A stretch of DNA of 64,000 nucleotides from the human T2T-CHM13v2.0 reference genome, Homo sapiens: the NCBI RefSeq assembly GCF_009914755.1, contig NC_060942.1; one strand, given 5' to 3'. Shown one piece after another: positions 40,982-55,229 of the stretch (the first letter of the stretch is position 1; the number at the start of each line of letters is the position of its first letter). The translations under genes were made by a program, and so were the position numbers. The notes beneath the pieces were generated by a model. It had not been told where the DNA came from. It did not search any database and was given only the letters and a program-made list of their open reading frames with translations.

Positions 40982-42419
40982 AAGCAGGAACTGCAGGACA
41001 CCCTGGGGCTGATGACAGTCATTGGGCCACATTTCAGGGCCAGATTTTCTGGGATTTTTGGGGAGGATGAGCTACATGCCTGGCTTTATGGATTTAGTCC
41101 ATGGAATTTGCAACATGATTTTCCACAAGTCATTGGCCCTGCCGTTTAGACGGAAGGTATTGATAAGTAATACATTATTTATAAGCTCCGCTCAAAGGTA
41201 TTTTCACATCTTTCTAGTCCTGGTGGAGACATTGATTTTCCCTGAATATATGAACAGTGCTTAGATTTAACCCCGCTCCACGCTTTGTGCCCTGGTGAAG
41301 CTGGCCGCTGCCACAGCTCCAGGGTGTCACACTGCACATGGTCTTCCCCACCTTCAATGGTCACTTGGGGCTGGAGATGTGGCCTAACACTAGCCCAGTC
41401 TGACTTGCCTCCAGGCTCTGGCTTCTGGCACCTGGACAAGGAGACCCTCACTTTCATGGTCCCAAGGCACTGTCAGAAACCACTTTGTGGTGTCAGGAAG
41501 AACCAGTCTCAAGATAATGCAGAACAGGGAGATTAAAACAAGACCACGTGGTTGGTGACATCACTGAGCTGCTGGGTCAAACCATCGCTGAAGCCTTCTC
41601 TTCTGGATGTCAGCTACAGAAGCCAATAGACCCCCTTTGTTACATTATTATTTAAGTGAGTTTGAATTGTCAGCAATCTGACTGATACAGCTCAGTGAAA
41701 GTTGAAAGTTATAGTGTAATTTCCTAACACCTTGAAAATCCTGCCTAGGCTAAAGGAAGCACTGAATGGTGTCTTCTAAGGGAAGTCCTGCTGTATGGCT
41801 TGTAAAGATTGGCTATTCGCAGGTTCCTGCGAGGAGGAATTTCACTGACACCACTGTTGCGGCACTTATTTTTCTGTGCATAAAGACTACTAATTTAGGA
41901 CTTTATATCCACCACAGAAAAGTCAATTTTATGAGACTGGTTCCTTTTTAAAGCCTACCTCTCTGCAGTAAGAGACTATTTAATAATGACAACAATATGC
42001 TTGTGAGAGCAAACGAGGGTTGCAGCTCCAATTCAAGAGGCCAACCATGGCTAGTCTTGAAGATTTTCACTCATTAGCTTTTTAAGGAGCTGTTAACTGC
42101 AAACGTGGGACTCAGAGCTTCGGGGACTTTCCGTGTTGAGTGTTCCGCCAGCAGTGCTTGCATGTCTCAGCAGCACAGAGCTATTTCTGGGGAAAGCAGA
42201 AATAATAAACTCACTGAAAATACCCATGATTGATCCAAGCTTCCTCTTTCAAAGAAAAACCGGAAGTTCCTCCTTCCGTATTCTTGTGGAAAGCTTTGCA
42301 GGTGCAGGGCCATGCGGCCGGGGAGACTGGGGAGCAGCCCTCCTGCCGCTGACGGGTCAGGCCGGCTCCGTGAGTGATTAATTCCCAGGTCACATTTCTG
42401 TCCACAGCTGGGAGACGAT

Positions 42420-42977
42420 GATTAAAACTTGAGTGTGTTTATTCCTTTGCATTGGAACTTGAAAACATCAATTTTTATTTCTTGGATAAGTAATAAGAAA
42501 AGTAAAACAAGATGAAAGAAAGGAGAGTTTGTGCTACGGACACAGTCAAAGACGTAGAAAGGCACAGTCCTGGAAGGAGTGTGGGAGCAGCTTGAGAGCA
42601 GATGGACGGAAAGAGCCACAGTGGAGGCAGCCCAGAGACACCTGGAGATTAGGGGCACGTGGCCCAGGCCACATTTCAAACCACGGGCAAGAGAATGGCT
42701 GATTTGATCCCTGGAATAGAAACCATTTTGGAAAGTTAATTTGGAAGCCTGTAAGATGCAAATTCCAAGCAGATTAAAGTTTGTAGTGATGGGGTTTTCT
42801 GTAGACAGACTTTTTCTAGATGTCCAAAGAGCTGATCGGGCACGGGGCTCCTGATCCGCCTGCCGGGCTCCACGGGAAGAGCCTCAAGGTTCCATTCGGT
42901 GCTGAGGCCGAGCCACACTTGCCTCTGGAGGGGCTCATCGCCGGCTGCATCTGCAGGCTGCTCTTGCAACGCCCTCA
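42420..42977 (-). other. Candidate terminal exon of a minus-strand (probably non-coding) transcript
   Basis: Acceptor ttgcattttgcag| at 42977; minus-strand AATAAA at 42474-42479 and 42438-42443. Confidence 0.3.
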
Positions 42978-45900
42978 CTGCAAAATGCAAAGAAGATCCA
43001 CTCCATGTCCTGTCCAGCTGCCTCCGTGTCTAGAAAGGGGCCTGTCCACTTCATGTCTGAGTGACAGGGGCCTGCCCCTGACAACACAGCGGCCCGCATG
43101 CCACTGAGGAAAAGCTTCAGCGAGAACAGAGACACGTACAGGGTGCTGCCCAGAGGGGAACTCGGCTCCTGCAGGAAGGGCTGGTGGGACGGCTGCCGGG
43201 GCGTTTTGGAACATAAGCCACTCTGCGTGCGTCCCACACAAGCAATTTCTGCTGCAGCAAAGCACAGCCCTTCTCTAAGCAGGGCAACGCCGGCCACCCT
43301 CCTCCCTGCCACTCAGGCCCCGGCTCTCAGCCCAGCCACACACGCTGCAAACCCGTGGATGACATTTCCCCTTGCTTCAAACCTCCATCCCACTTTCTGG
43401 TTTTATTTTATTTTATGCATTTTATTCTATGTGATCTATTTGCAATCTGTTCTGGAACTAGGCCAGATTTTAATCAATTAACAAATCGGCTGCTTTAGAG
43501 TCTGGCAACCCCAACTTACCAGAGTCATTTCCAGGTGGATAAAGCCCCCAGGTACAGGGATTTGGGGAGAGATTTTGCAACGTTCTGTAGAAGTAATGTT
43601 TTTTACACTAACTTGTTAATTGCAGAAGATCAGCACAGAATCTGAAACAGATCAATAGGAATCAGAGAACGCCCACGCTGCAGCTGCTGCCCCCAGCCCA
43701 CGCCACTGCCGTGGGGCAGAGCCGCTGTCCGAGCGTTCAGTCTAACCGATCTCGCTTCCTCCAGAGCTCTCCACCCACCTCCAGAATCTGCACCGAGAGC
43801 AGCCTGTGTTTAAGGACTCTGATGGACAGACGGCGGAGTGGACGTCCCACCCTCACGAGGGAGGCCGCCGGACACATCACCGGGCCACTGCGCCCAGCTG
43901 GCCCTGCAGAGGCGCTGCAGGAACTCAGGCACGCTTGATTTGAGAGCAGCAAGCACAGAGACGCCCGTTTGTCACATCCAAATAAGCAGGTGTCAGTCTT
44001 CCTGCCCGACTCCCAAATCAGGGCCAGAGCCTGCTCTCTTCAGCTTGAAGTGAGTCAGCCCGGGGCTAGCGAGCAAGCTGGGGTTCAAGTCAGGTAACAC
44101 TGGCCTGGCCCGCCGAGGAGGAAGGGCTCACGCTTCAGGAGCAGAGGGGCCCGACCAGTCACTCCCCAGGAACAGGGCTGCAGGCGAGGAGGGGGCAGAG
44201 TGGGGAGAAGAAGCACAGGCGAGCCCCGAGCCAGGTCCACGAGGGGAGGCACAGCTCCCCCAGGTTTCTACACGGCCACCCGGTGTCGAAAGGGCTGGGG
44301 AACCAACGTCTACAGGGATGGCTCCCATGGGCAAGCCCCCAGCCTCAAGAGTGGGCTGCGAGGTGACATGGACAGGGCTGCGAGCTGGTACGGGCTGCGT
44401 CCACCACTCTGCTGGGGTGGAGGAAGGTCGATCAGGATCTGGAATTCTCACAGGTGAGGCACAGGCATTGGGCGCATATCTGCCTGCTCCTGGAGAACGT
44501 GGTTGGAGGCCGAGGGCGTCCTGACTGTAGTGGGGCCGCGCTGTGTCTTCCCTGCACGCTCACCGTGTCTCAGACCGTGGCGCTCCCTGCAATGAGTCCT
44601 GCCCGAGACTCAGGCGGGGCGCTTTCATGGGGCCTGATATGGGGCTCTGTGATTCCAAGGGCAGCACGGCTGGGTGGAAAATCGCAGTGAGAAGGTCATC
44701 AAGGTGTTTTCCACGCTAGAAGCACCCTCAACTCAAGTTAAACACACAAATCCACCACCCTGTCTCCAACAGCCTGGAGAGCAACTGGGCTCCACTGACT
44801 TTAGTGCCACTGGAGGGCTTGTGTAGATGAACCCACATGGGCAGAGCTGCCCAGCGCCCGCCAGGGGTCCTTGCTGACAGGACTCCTGGGTGTTGTGGGG
44901 GTGAAAGGCACGAGTAAGTGTGTCTGAAGCAGCAGGGAAGGCGTCACAGAAGAGGTGACAGCCCCGGGGACACTTCAGGCCCAGGGAACCTGGGGAGGCA
45001 AGGGAGGAGGCATTTGGGCCAAGGGAACGTTCCAGAACCCGGTGAGGATGAGGGCAGACCCTGTTGTTTTCATCCGTCGTCTGGGTCAGGTGTTGTAAAG
45101 ACGCTCTTAGAACCAGCTCTGTTGGTTACGACGCGGAGAAAACACGGTTACTTCTGTTCTCTCCTGAGCTTCAAGTACAGTAAAGAGATTTTGTAAAACA
45201 AAAAGCAGCTCACACAAGGGGAACGAGGTGGAGACGCCTGCAAAGTGGAGGCACCTGGGGCCAGCATCTCTGCGGACCCCAGAAACGACTCTGACACAGC
45301 AGTGGGGACAGGGCACCCTGATTTAGATCCCGAACCCCAAAGCCCCCAGGACTGCGGGCCAAGGATGATGCCGGGGGGAGGGCTGGAGGTGGAGAGGGGC
45401 CTGCGCAGGCTAAGGACCCTTCCCTGCCCCTGCCTCCTGGGGCCACCTCCCCTTCCTGTCTCGTCTCTACAGAGACTGAAGCGACCCCTGGGCCTGGGCA
45501 GCCATGAGCTCTGGAGGGAGTCCCTCTGCCCCAACGCCAGGCCAGCCTCCTTCCCCGCGTGCTCCCAAGCAGGACAGCCTCTCCTCCAGGGAATCCGACC
45601 TGCTGAAAAGGAAGCCCCAGAATACAAGCAGACACACAGATCTGTCGAAACACCCGGGCAAACTCTCCAGCGTGAAATAAACACAAAGCAAAATCATGTG
45701 GAAGTGAACGGAAGCCGTACGGGGAGAAGAGCGTAGCGTCGCAGACGGTCACCCTGGAGGGGCATCACCATCATGAGCTGTGGACAGAACCCACACTCTC
45801 CACAGGGAGCACAGACAGACCCACGATCCCCACAACGGAACCATCACAGAAAAGAAGGAAATTGGCAAAAGGGCCGAGGTGTGAAGGTGCCGGGAATTGG

Positions 45901-47774
45901 AGCCTGAAGACAAAGATCAAAGCTGGGATGGAAGGAGAGGCTGGAGGACCAGTCGAGGCCACCTTGCAGGGATCGGCATTCCGGAGTGGGGAGCAGATAC
46001 GACAGAAAGGGAGAAACCACAACCAGCAGCACAAGGACAGCCTTGAGGGATGAAGGACACAGGTCCTCGCTCAGGAAGAACTGGTGGCCACATGGCACGG
46101 GGGACCACACCCGGGCAGCAACTCCGTAGAAGGGGAGGGTCCTGCACCTTCCAGAGACCAAGAGGGGCCCAGAGAACAGTGTCCGGCATTTCAAGGGCAC
46201 CTCGGGGAGCCCAGACGAGGGCATGATCCCAGCCTCCCGGACACGTCGCCCCCACCAGACTGACCATCGAGTGCAGGGAAGCCCCAGGCAGGGGCCACAA
46301 CAGAGGGACCCCCAGAGCAAGGGGCCTGTCAGCATCACTCCTGTGGGACAGGATCCGGACACCTCTCCAGAACAAAGTGAGTTAGTCGTGGGAGAGACAT
46401 CACCAGGAAGCCAAAATTAACAAGCGCCCAAGATAAGACAACTGAAGAGGAGACTGAGACACTTGGGGTTCCATTGGTATATACACAGAAAATAAAGTTG
46501 ATGGAAAAAGCTAATTATTAATTTCAGGAAAACAGAAAACTGCAAGAAAAGCCATCATCGTTTGTGACGGGCTCAGTGGTGCTGCTGTGTGTGTTCATCG
46601 CAGTCCTGGCCGATCAATATTTGCTCTCCACATTGTCAGTGGAAAGGTGGCGGGGACGGGAGGCGTGGGAAGGGAGCTGATCTATTGTGGGAGGTGACAG
46701 ACAATGCCCCAGATTAACCTGCCCAGAGGTAGCAATAGCAGCTAGTTACACAGAGACTGGAGGTGAAAGCTGAGAAGATCAGTTTAGAAATTTGGGAATG
46801 AATGGTCTGGAAAGATGAAAAGTGCAGTACAGGGTTAAGGACTGCTGTTTGCAGAACAAGCCTTAATAAAAATAAAAATAAACACATCCAAGTACAAACT
46901 GACCCTGAAAAGGACCAGCCTCCAACAGAGAAAGACGGGTTTTCTGATGGCAGCAGCCCCCGAGGCGAGAGTCCCAGCAAGGGCTATTGTTCGTTGTTCG
47001 GGAAACTTCGCCCGAAATTGGTACCCCCATTATTATTTTTGCATGTGTCTCCTAGGGAAGAGAAGAGGCTGGTTGGGTTGTAGAAACCCAGTCTATGAAT
47101 TTCAAGTCTTCATCACCCCTGAGGTCTTTTCAGGAAGAGCACCATGTTGGTGATGCTGCGTCTCTGAGAGCCTCCTCCTGCTATTAGCGCCGTGTTAGGG
47201 AGCCGGAAGGAGGCTGAGAGGTTCTGAAAATGAAACCAGAATGCTGTCCAGGCTGACGCGGGCACCTGGTGAGCAGAGGGACCGTCCATGAATCTGCACC
47301 CCACATGAGACGCACGTGCAAACTGGAACTAATGCCTGCTCACAGCCTAATTACACTCGCGGCGTCAGCGTTCTGGGCAGGCCGTTCACACTGAAACTCG
47401 GTCGGCACTGGCGCTGGGGCGGATCCTGGCCATCGACCACTCCATTCTACAGCGGCTCCTTCAGTGAGTCGCAAAAACACTTGCTGATTCTGGGCCTCAA
47501 TTTCCCCTTGTGCAAGGCGAGGCCAGTGCCTTAGCCTCACAGAAAATAAAAAGTGTCCCAGAAGCAGAGGGAAGTGTGGTTTAAAACCCATCAAAACCAC
47601 AGCGAGGGCCTGAGATCCTGACTCCCGACGGCACCACAGCCTCACAGTTCTGGCTGTGAGTCACAGACCTTATTCCAGGCAAGCTGGGAACTCCAGCCGG
47701 GTCTGGGTTATTATTTCTTGCCAGTGATTTTTCAGAGAGGTTTGTATCCGCGGGGAACCATCAGTCACGTAGTT

Positions 47775-48410
47775 GCTGTGTGCGTGTGTGTGTACCTGCG
47801 TGCGTGTCTGTGCCTGTGTGTGTGCCCTGTGCATGTGTGTGCTTGTGTGTGTGTCTGCACCTGTGCTCAGTGCCTGCGGTGCAATGAATGATGGCGGTGG
47901 GGCTGCGTGTGTGTCTGTGTGTGTGTCCGTGCATGTGTGTGTGTGCGTCTGCACCTGTGCTCGGTGGGATGAACGATGGAGGTGGGGCTGCGCGTGTGCG
48001 TGTGTGTCTGTGTGTGTGCGTGTGTGTCTGTATGTGTGTGTGCGTGTGCGTCTGCACCTGTGCTCGGTGGGATGAATGATGGTGGTGGGGCTGCATCTGT
48101 GCGTGTCTGTATGTGTGTGTGTCTGTGTGTGCGTCTGCACCTGTGCTCGGTGCCTGCGGTGCAATGAATGATGGCGGTGGGGCTGTGTGTGTGCGTGTGT
48201 GTCTGTATGTGTGTGGGTGGGTCTGCACCTGTGCTCGGTGGGATGAACGATGGTGGTGGGGCTGCGTGTGTGTGTGTGTGTGTCTGTATGTGTGTGCGTG
48301 TCTGTATGTGTGTGCGTGTGTCTGTGTGTGTGCGTGTGTGTATGTGTGTGTGCGTGTGCATCCGCACCTGTGCTCGGTGGGATGAATGATGGTGGTGGGG
48401 CTGCGTGTCC
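47775..48410. repeat. Composite repeat: 6 conserved ~42-52-bp blocks separated by variable (TG)n-rich spacers
   Basis: tctgcacctgtgctcggtg...tgaatgatggtggtggggctgc at ~47853, 47948, 48051, 48133, 48221, 48361. Confidence 0.92.
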
Positions 48411-49304
48411 TCCTACCATTGGCTCCGATGGTTGGAGCCAATCTGGCCAGGCCGGTCCATGCATTCTTTCTTTTAAGGATTCCCTTAGGTAAAGCCTCTG
48501 CTTGTGAGTTTTCATGCAAGACAACGTTGAGTTAAAGCCATTTTAGGAAAAAAAAGAAAAAACTTGTTTTGAATGATGTCCATGCCCTTCAAAACTGAAC
48601 ACAAAATTAAGAAATAACTGAGTACCCAGAATGGCAGCCTGTCTCAGAGTGGTAATAAGGTCAACTGCAAACCACACGGCCTGGTGCCCTACATGCACTG
48701 GGCGGCCGAGCCCTGCTCCAGGGCCTGTAGGGCCTGGGAGGTGTCGGATGTGGCTTGCTGGCTGCAGGGCCTGGTCTGTGGCTGAGAGACCGTGGCGGTC
48801 TGTGGACAGGTGAGTGCTGGGCCCACAGGATGTAGACTGTGAGGCTGGCGAGGTGAGCCAAGACCTCTTATCTCCCATCGGGCCTTCTGTTCCCCTCTCA
48901 GGAAGCCCGTTGGTGGCCAGCTGAATGTTTAAACCCAAGTGCTGACCAAGAAAAAGTCAAGGGGAAACCTAGGGGCTCCCTGAGATGAGTCTCGAAGCTG
49001 GAAAGCCACCCAGACACGCAGGGAGGTTCAGGAGTCTTCATACCCAACCAAAAGCTCTTCCTCAGGTCTGTGCTAAAATGTGGTTTTCCCCTCAGAAAAA
49101 TAAGCCATGCTCTTATACAAATGTGGAAAGTATGACAAAATAAAAGAAAGAAACTAGAAGTCATTCACAGCATCACTACCAGAGGTAACTCATGTTACCA
49201 TTTTTGTGGATTTCCTTCCACGTGTGGGCATGACTTTGTGTGTGTGTGTGTGGGTGAGTGTGTGTATGTACACAGGGAGACAGGATAAAGTTGTGTTGAA
49301 AACT

Positions 49305-49490
49305 ACTAAAGTCAGGCTGCTTGGGTCGGAATCTGGCCACCAAATAGCAGAGAGTTGAGCAAGTGAGTGAACCTCTCCACGTGTGTCACGTAGAGGTGAG
49401 GGCTACCCCGTGGCTGGTTGTGAAATCCTACATGACAAGCCTACCCAGGGCTTACACGGATGCTTAACAAAGTGTCAGCTCTTAGTATTA
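49305..49490 (+). mobile_element. MIR-like SINE remnant
   Basis: agtcaggctgcttgggtcggaatctggcc, ttgagcaagtgagtgaacctctc, ggttgtgaaat resemble the MIR core; heavily diverged. Confidence 0.45.
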
Positions 49491-49867
49491 TAGTGATTTT
49501 GCACGAATAATCACACCTGCTATATGTACAGTTGTATGTCAGCCCCTTCACTTAAAGTCACAGTGTGCACCCCATGGCACTGCACATTCTTTGAAAATAC
49601 GACTTTCAAGGGCTGGTGCTTCTGTGACGTGGCTCGGCTACCGTCCGGGGGCTCTTCCCTCTTGTTGGATGCCTATGGCACTTGTGATGATCGTAACACT
49701 GCAGTGAAAGCCTCACTTGTGAGCCTCTGTCATTGTCTCTGATCATCCCTTAGAAGGAGCCCTAGGATGGCAGCAGGATGCAGTGGTTAGCATTGGGATT
49801 CACGCTGCCCCGTGGCCTGGCCGAGACGCACCCACGAGGATCCCTCGCCCGTGGCCGCCCTCCTCAC

Positions 49868-49954
49868 CCAGCACTCCAGGCAAGAACGGGACTTCACTGC
49901 TGCTGTCATCTGCAGCTCTGGGATTATTGTTGAAGTGGAGCATTTAGGGCTCTT
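49868..49954 (-). other. Candidate internal exon (87 nt)
   Basis: Minus-strand acceptor actttatttag| and donor TGG|GTGAGG. Confidence 0.3.
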
Positions 49955-50328
49955 CTAAATAAAGTTTCAAGTTCTATTTTTGTCCATTTTTATTAATAAG
50001 ATTGTCAGTCTTTCCTGACTGATATATGAATACTAGTAAACTTTGATTTAATATATTTTATAATATTTTTTGCAGATTATTATTGCAGTTTTGAAATTTG
50101 TTTATGCTGTTCTCTGACTTCTTGCCTTTGCTTTGTTTTTTTCTTTCTTTTTCCATGTTTAGAAAGCTTTTCTCCATCCCCAGGAAAGAAAAAGCATTCA
50201 TTTTAATTTCCTCTAGTTGTTTTATAATTCAATTCAAAATTTTTAACTTTTAATTCATCTGTAATACATTTGGGTACAGGTCTTAAATTATATAAGTTAA
50301 TTTAAACAACTCTTCTCTGATTTATTTT

Positions 50329-52066
50329 GTTGGTGGTGGTGGTGATGGTGGTGATGGTGGTGATGGTGGTGGTGGTGATGGTGATGATTGTGGTGATCAT
50401 GGTGGTGGTGGTGGTGGTGGTGATGGTGGTGGTGATGGTGGTGGTGACGATGGTGGTGATGGTGTTGACAGTGGTGGTGACGGTGATGATGGTGATGATG
50501 GTGGTGATGGTGGTAGTGATGGTGGTGGTGATAATGGTGGTGGTGATGGTGGTGATGGCAGTGGTGATGGTGGTTGTGATGGTGATGATGGTGGTGATGA
50601 TGGCGGTGGTGGTGGTGCTGCTGATGGTGGTGGTGGTGATGGTGGTGGTGGTGATGGTGGTGGTGATGGTGGTGGTGATGGTGGTGGTGGCGGTGGTGGT
50701 GGTGATGGTGGTGGTGGTGGTGATGGTGGTGATGGTGGTGGTGGTGATGATGGTGCTGATGATGGTGGTGCTGATGATGGTGATGGTGACGGTGATGATG
50801 GTGGTGGTGATGATGGTGGTGGTGATGGTGGTGGTGATGGTGGTGGTGGTGATGGTGGTGGTGGTGGTGGTGGTGGTGGTGGTGATGGTGGTGGTGATGA
50901 TGGTGGTGGTGATGGTGGTGATGATGGCAGTGGTGGTGGTGATGGTGGTGGTGATGGTGGTGATGGTGGTGGTGGTGGTGGTGACGGTGGTGGTGACAGT
51001 GATGACGGTGGTGATGGCGATGATGGTGGTGGTGGTGGTGGTGATAATGGTGGTGGTGATGGTGGTGATGGTGGTGGTGATGGTGATGATGGTGGTGATG
51101 GTGGTGGTGGTGGTGGTGGTGGCGGTGGTGGTGGTGATGGTGATGGTGGTTGTGATGGTGATGATGGTGGTGATGATGGCGGTGGTGGTGGTGCTGCTGA
51201 TGGTGGTGGTGGTGATGGTGGTGGTGGTGATGGTGGTGGTGATGGTGGTGGTGGCGGTGGTGGTGGTGGTGGTGGTGATGGTGGTGGTGGTGGTGACGGT
51301 GATGACGGTGGTGATGGTGGTGGTGGTGGTGGTGGTGATGGTGGTGATGATGGTGCTGATGATGGTGGTGCTGATGATGGTGATGGTGACGGTGATGATG
51401 GTGGTGGTGATGATGGTGGTGGTGATGGTGGTGATGATGGCAGTGGTGGTGGTGATGGTGGTGGTGATGGTGGTGATGGTGGTGGTGATGGTGGTGGTGA
51501 CGGTGATGATGGTGGTGATGGTGGTTATGGTGGTGACGGTGGTGGTGGTGATGGTGATGATTGTGGTGATCATGGTGGTGGTGGTGGTGGTGGTGGTGAT
51601 GACGGTGGTGATGGTGGTGGTGGTGATGATGGTGCTGATGATGGTGGTGCTGATGATGGTGATGGTGACGGTGATGATGGTGGTGGTGATGATGGTGGTG
51701 GTGATGGTGGTGATGGTGGTGGTGGTGGTGATGGTGGTGATGGTGGTGGTGGTGGTGATGGTGGTGGTGATGACGGTGATGACGGTGGTGATGGTGGTAG
51801 TGATGGTGGTGACGGTGGTGGTGACAGTGATGACGGTGGTGATGGCGATGATGGTGGTGATGGTGGTGGTGATAATGGTGGTGGTGATGGTGGTGATGGT
51901 GGTGGTGATGGTGATGATGGTGGTGATGGTGGTGGTGGTGATAGTGATGATAATGGTGATGATTGTGGTGATAGTGATGATGATGTGGTGGTGGTGGTGA
52001 TGGTGATGGTGGTGGTGATAGTTATACTGATGATAATGGTGGTGATGATGGTGATAGTGGTGGTGA
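50329..52066. repeat. (GGT/GAT)n imperfect trinucleotide tract, ~1.7 kb
   Basis: Continuous ggtggtgatggt pattern; produces poly-Val/Met and poly-Thr/Ile ORFs. Confidence 0.98.
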
Positions 52067-52901
52067 ACTGTGGCCTCACATCCCCTGGCCTATGTTGGTC
52101 AGCCCTGCTGGCAGCTGCCCTCGATCTCGCTGGGCTGTGTGCATCCCCAGCTAGAGGAGGATGATAGGGGCACAGAGCCCTCTCCAGTGGGTCCCCTTTG
52201 GAAGGAGCCTGCACAGCACTCCCAGTGACCCCAAGGGAAAAACCTGCCCCCCAGGCAATGCCCTACAGTGCAGTCCGAGGTTCCAGGAGCTTCCTTTCTG
52301 CTGGATGGACCTTCAAGCATATTGACCCTTAGCCCCGGGTCATCCCATGGCCCTGGGGATGCAGCGAGGGGCCCAGCAGGCAGGGTGAGTATCTCCTGGA
52401 GCCATGTCTCCTGGAGAGCTCCTTAGTGGCTGGCAGAGAAGGATTGAGAAGACATTTTCCCCAGCAGGCCTGGGCAGAACACTGGCACACCCACCCTCAT
52501 CCCTGGGCCAGCATCCTCGCCCCCACTGTGCCCCCAACTCCAGCCCAGCTTCCCCACCTTGGTGGTCCAAATGTACCATGTGCCCCTCCCCCAAAGTCAC
52601 TTTCTCAGTGAGCTTCTCCCTGCTGCCTTGCCCCCAGCCACGGACTCCTGGCCAGTTTCTTCCACAGCCCGTGACCCGATGACTCACGTGTGGCTCACTG
52701 TCTGTCTCCCTCCCTGGTGGGACCGTGGTTCCTGGACAGCTCCTGGATACAGTCAGCTGGGCTTTGTTCCCTGGGCCACCCAGCTGCCCCCTCCTGTCCT
52801 CCAGTGAGAATGAAGCCCATGCAGAGGAAGGCCCACCGGGCCCCTGCCCCCTTTCTGTTGCACTAGGGTCCCAGCCACGGCATCCACACTTGTCCAGTCC
52901 C

Positions 52902-52956
52902 ATTAGGAACACCCCAAGTGTTAGGAACACCCCAAGTGTTAGGAACATGCCTAGTG
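52902..52956. repeat. 18-bp tandem repeat, 3 copies
   Basis: ttaggaacaccccaagtg x3 (third degenerate). Confidence 0.85.
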
Positions 52957-53390
52957 TCTGTGCTGCTCACTCAGGCCTCACAGCTGGTGCTTCCTCATTG
53001 AGTCAGCGAGCTTTCCTTCCCAGAAAGTGAGCTTTCCTTCCCAGACGGTGTCTCAGCATGGCCACTCTGCCGTGCATGGCACCAGCGCACACCCCATCCC
53101 TGGACGGTCACACTCCTGGCTATACCCTCAGCAGACAAGGCACAGTGACCAGCGCCTGTCTTAACCTGGGAGAGACACCTGAGCGGCCAGGACAAGTTTT
53201 ACTCCTCCTTGCAAACCCTGGCGAAACATCCACAGAGAGTGGAGGCTCCGCGGTGCTGTCCCCTGTGCTCCGCGACAGGGATGGAGCTACTCAATCAAAT
53301 CCAAATCCCGCCGTTCCTTAGGGCCTCGGGGAATGGGATGAGAATGAAGAGACAGCGGCCGAGACAGTGGCTCCTGATCACTCCCCGGGA

Positions 53391-53505
53391 ACAGCCTCTC
53401 AACTGCGCCATCACTGATGGCCCCGTCGGTCCCCGCATCACACGTCACAGCCTCTCAACTGCGCCATCACTGACGGCCCCGTCGGTCCCCACATCACACG
53501 TCACA
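53391..53505. repeat. 56-bp tandem duplication
   Basis: acagcctctcaactgcgccatcactga(t/c)ggccccgtcggtcccc(g/a)catcacacgtc at 53391 and 53447. Confidence 0.92.
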
Positions 53506-53919
53506 ATGTTTTCATACTCTAAAGCACAAGCGCATGTTTCAATGGGGTCGTGGATTTTGTAATAATATTTTAGCTTGGAACTGGTAAGAAACTAAGGCAA
53601 ATTAAATTCAATGCTAGTTTACCCTTGTATTTTAAAAGATGTTGAAAATAAACAGCAAACACCACCAATGCTCTGCTGGCATTCACTAACAAGCCACGCC
53701 ATCCCACCTGCTCTGAAACGCTCTGTCTTCTGGGTCCCTCCGTGACCCCCCCACACATCCTAGACATCCCTTTTGCTGTGGTCTTTTTTGGCTCTCTGTG
53801 CCCTTCCCCCAATACTTATTGGAATATTTACTTATTTTTGCCTCTTCCCTAAACTGTACATTCCTTGAGAGAAGAAGTGTTTTGATTATTTTTTTTTTTA
53901 TTTTTTTAACCTTATCTCC

Positions 53920-55137
<1,218 letters not shown>

Positions 55138-55229
55138 TAAACTCCTCGGAAACATCAGAAAAGCCATCTGAAATTTAAAATAAATGGGAATCCACCACTA
55201 AAAAATCCGAAATCTAAATGAACAAACCA

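Noticed and set aside
39788-41032. Three overlapping 364-414-aa minus-strand ORFs
   Set aside because: Stop-free strand of the 47-bp minisatellite; peptides cycle through frames.
47775-48410. CRISPR-like repeat-spacer pattern
   Set aside because: Spacers are low-complexity (TG)n, no cas genes, primate DNA.
48418-48442. Small hairpin attggctcc-N7-ggagccaat (similar ones at ~60638 and ~61511)
   Set aside because: 8-11-bp stems are expected by chance in 64 kb; too short for a pre-miRNA and no ncRNA motifs.
50302-52000. Mucin-like poly-Thr ORF (423 aa) and poly-Val/Met ORF (557 aa)
   Set aside because: Simple trinucleotide repeat lacking stops; no signal peptide, flanking domains or clear exon boundaries.
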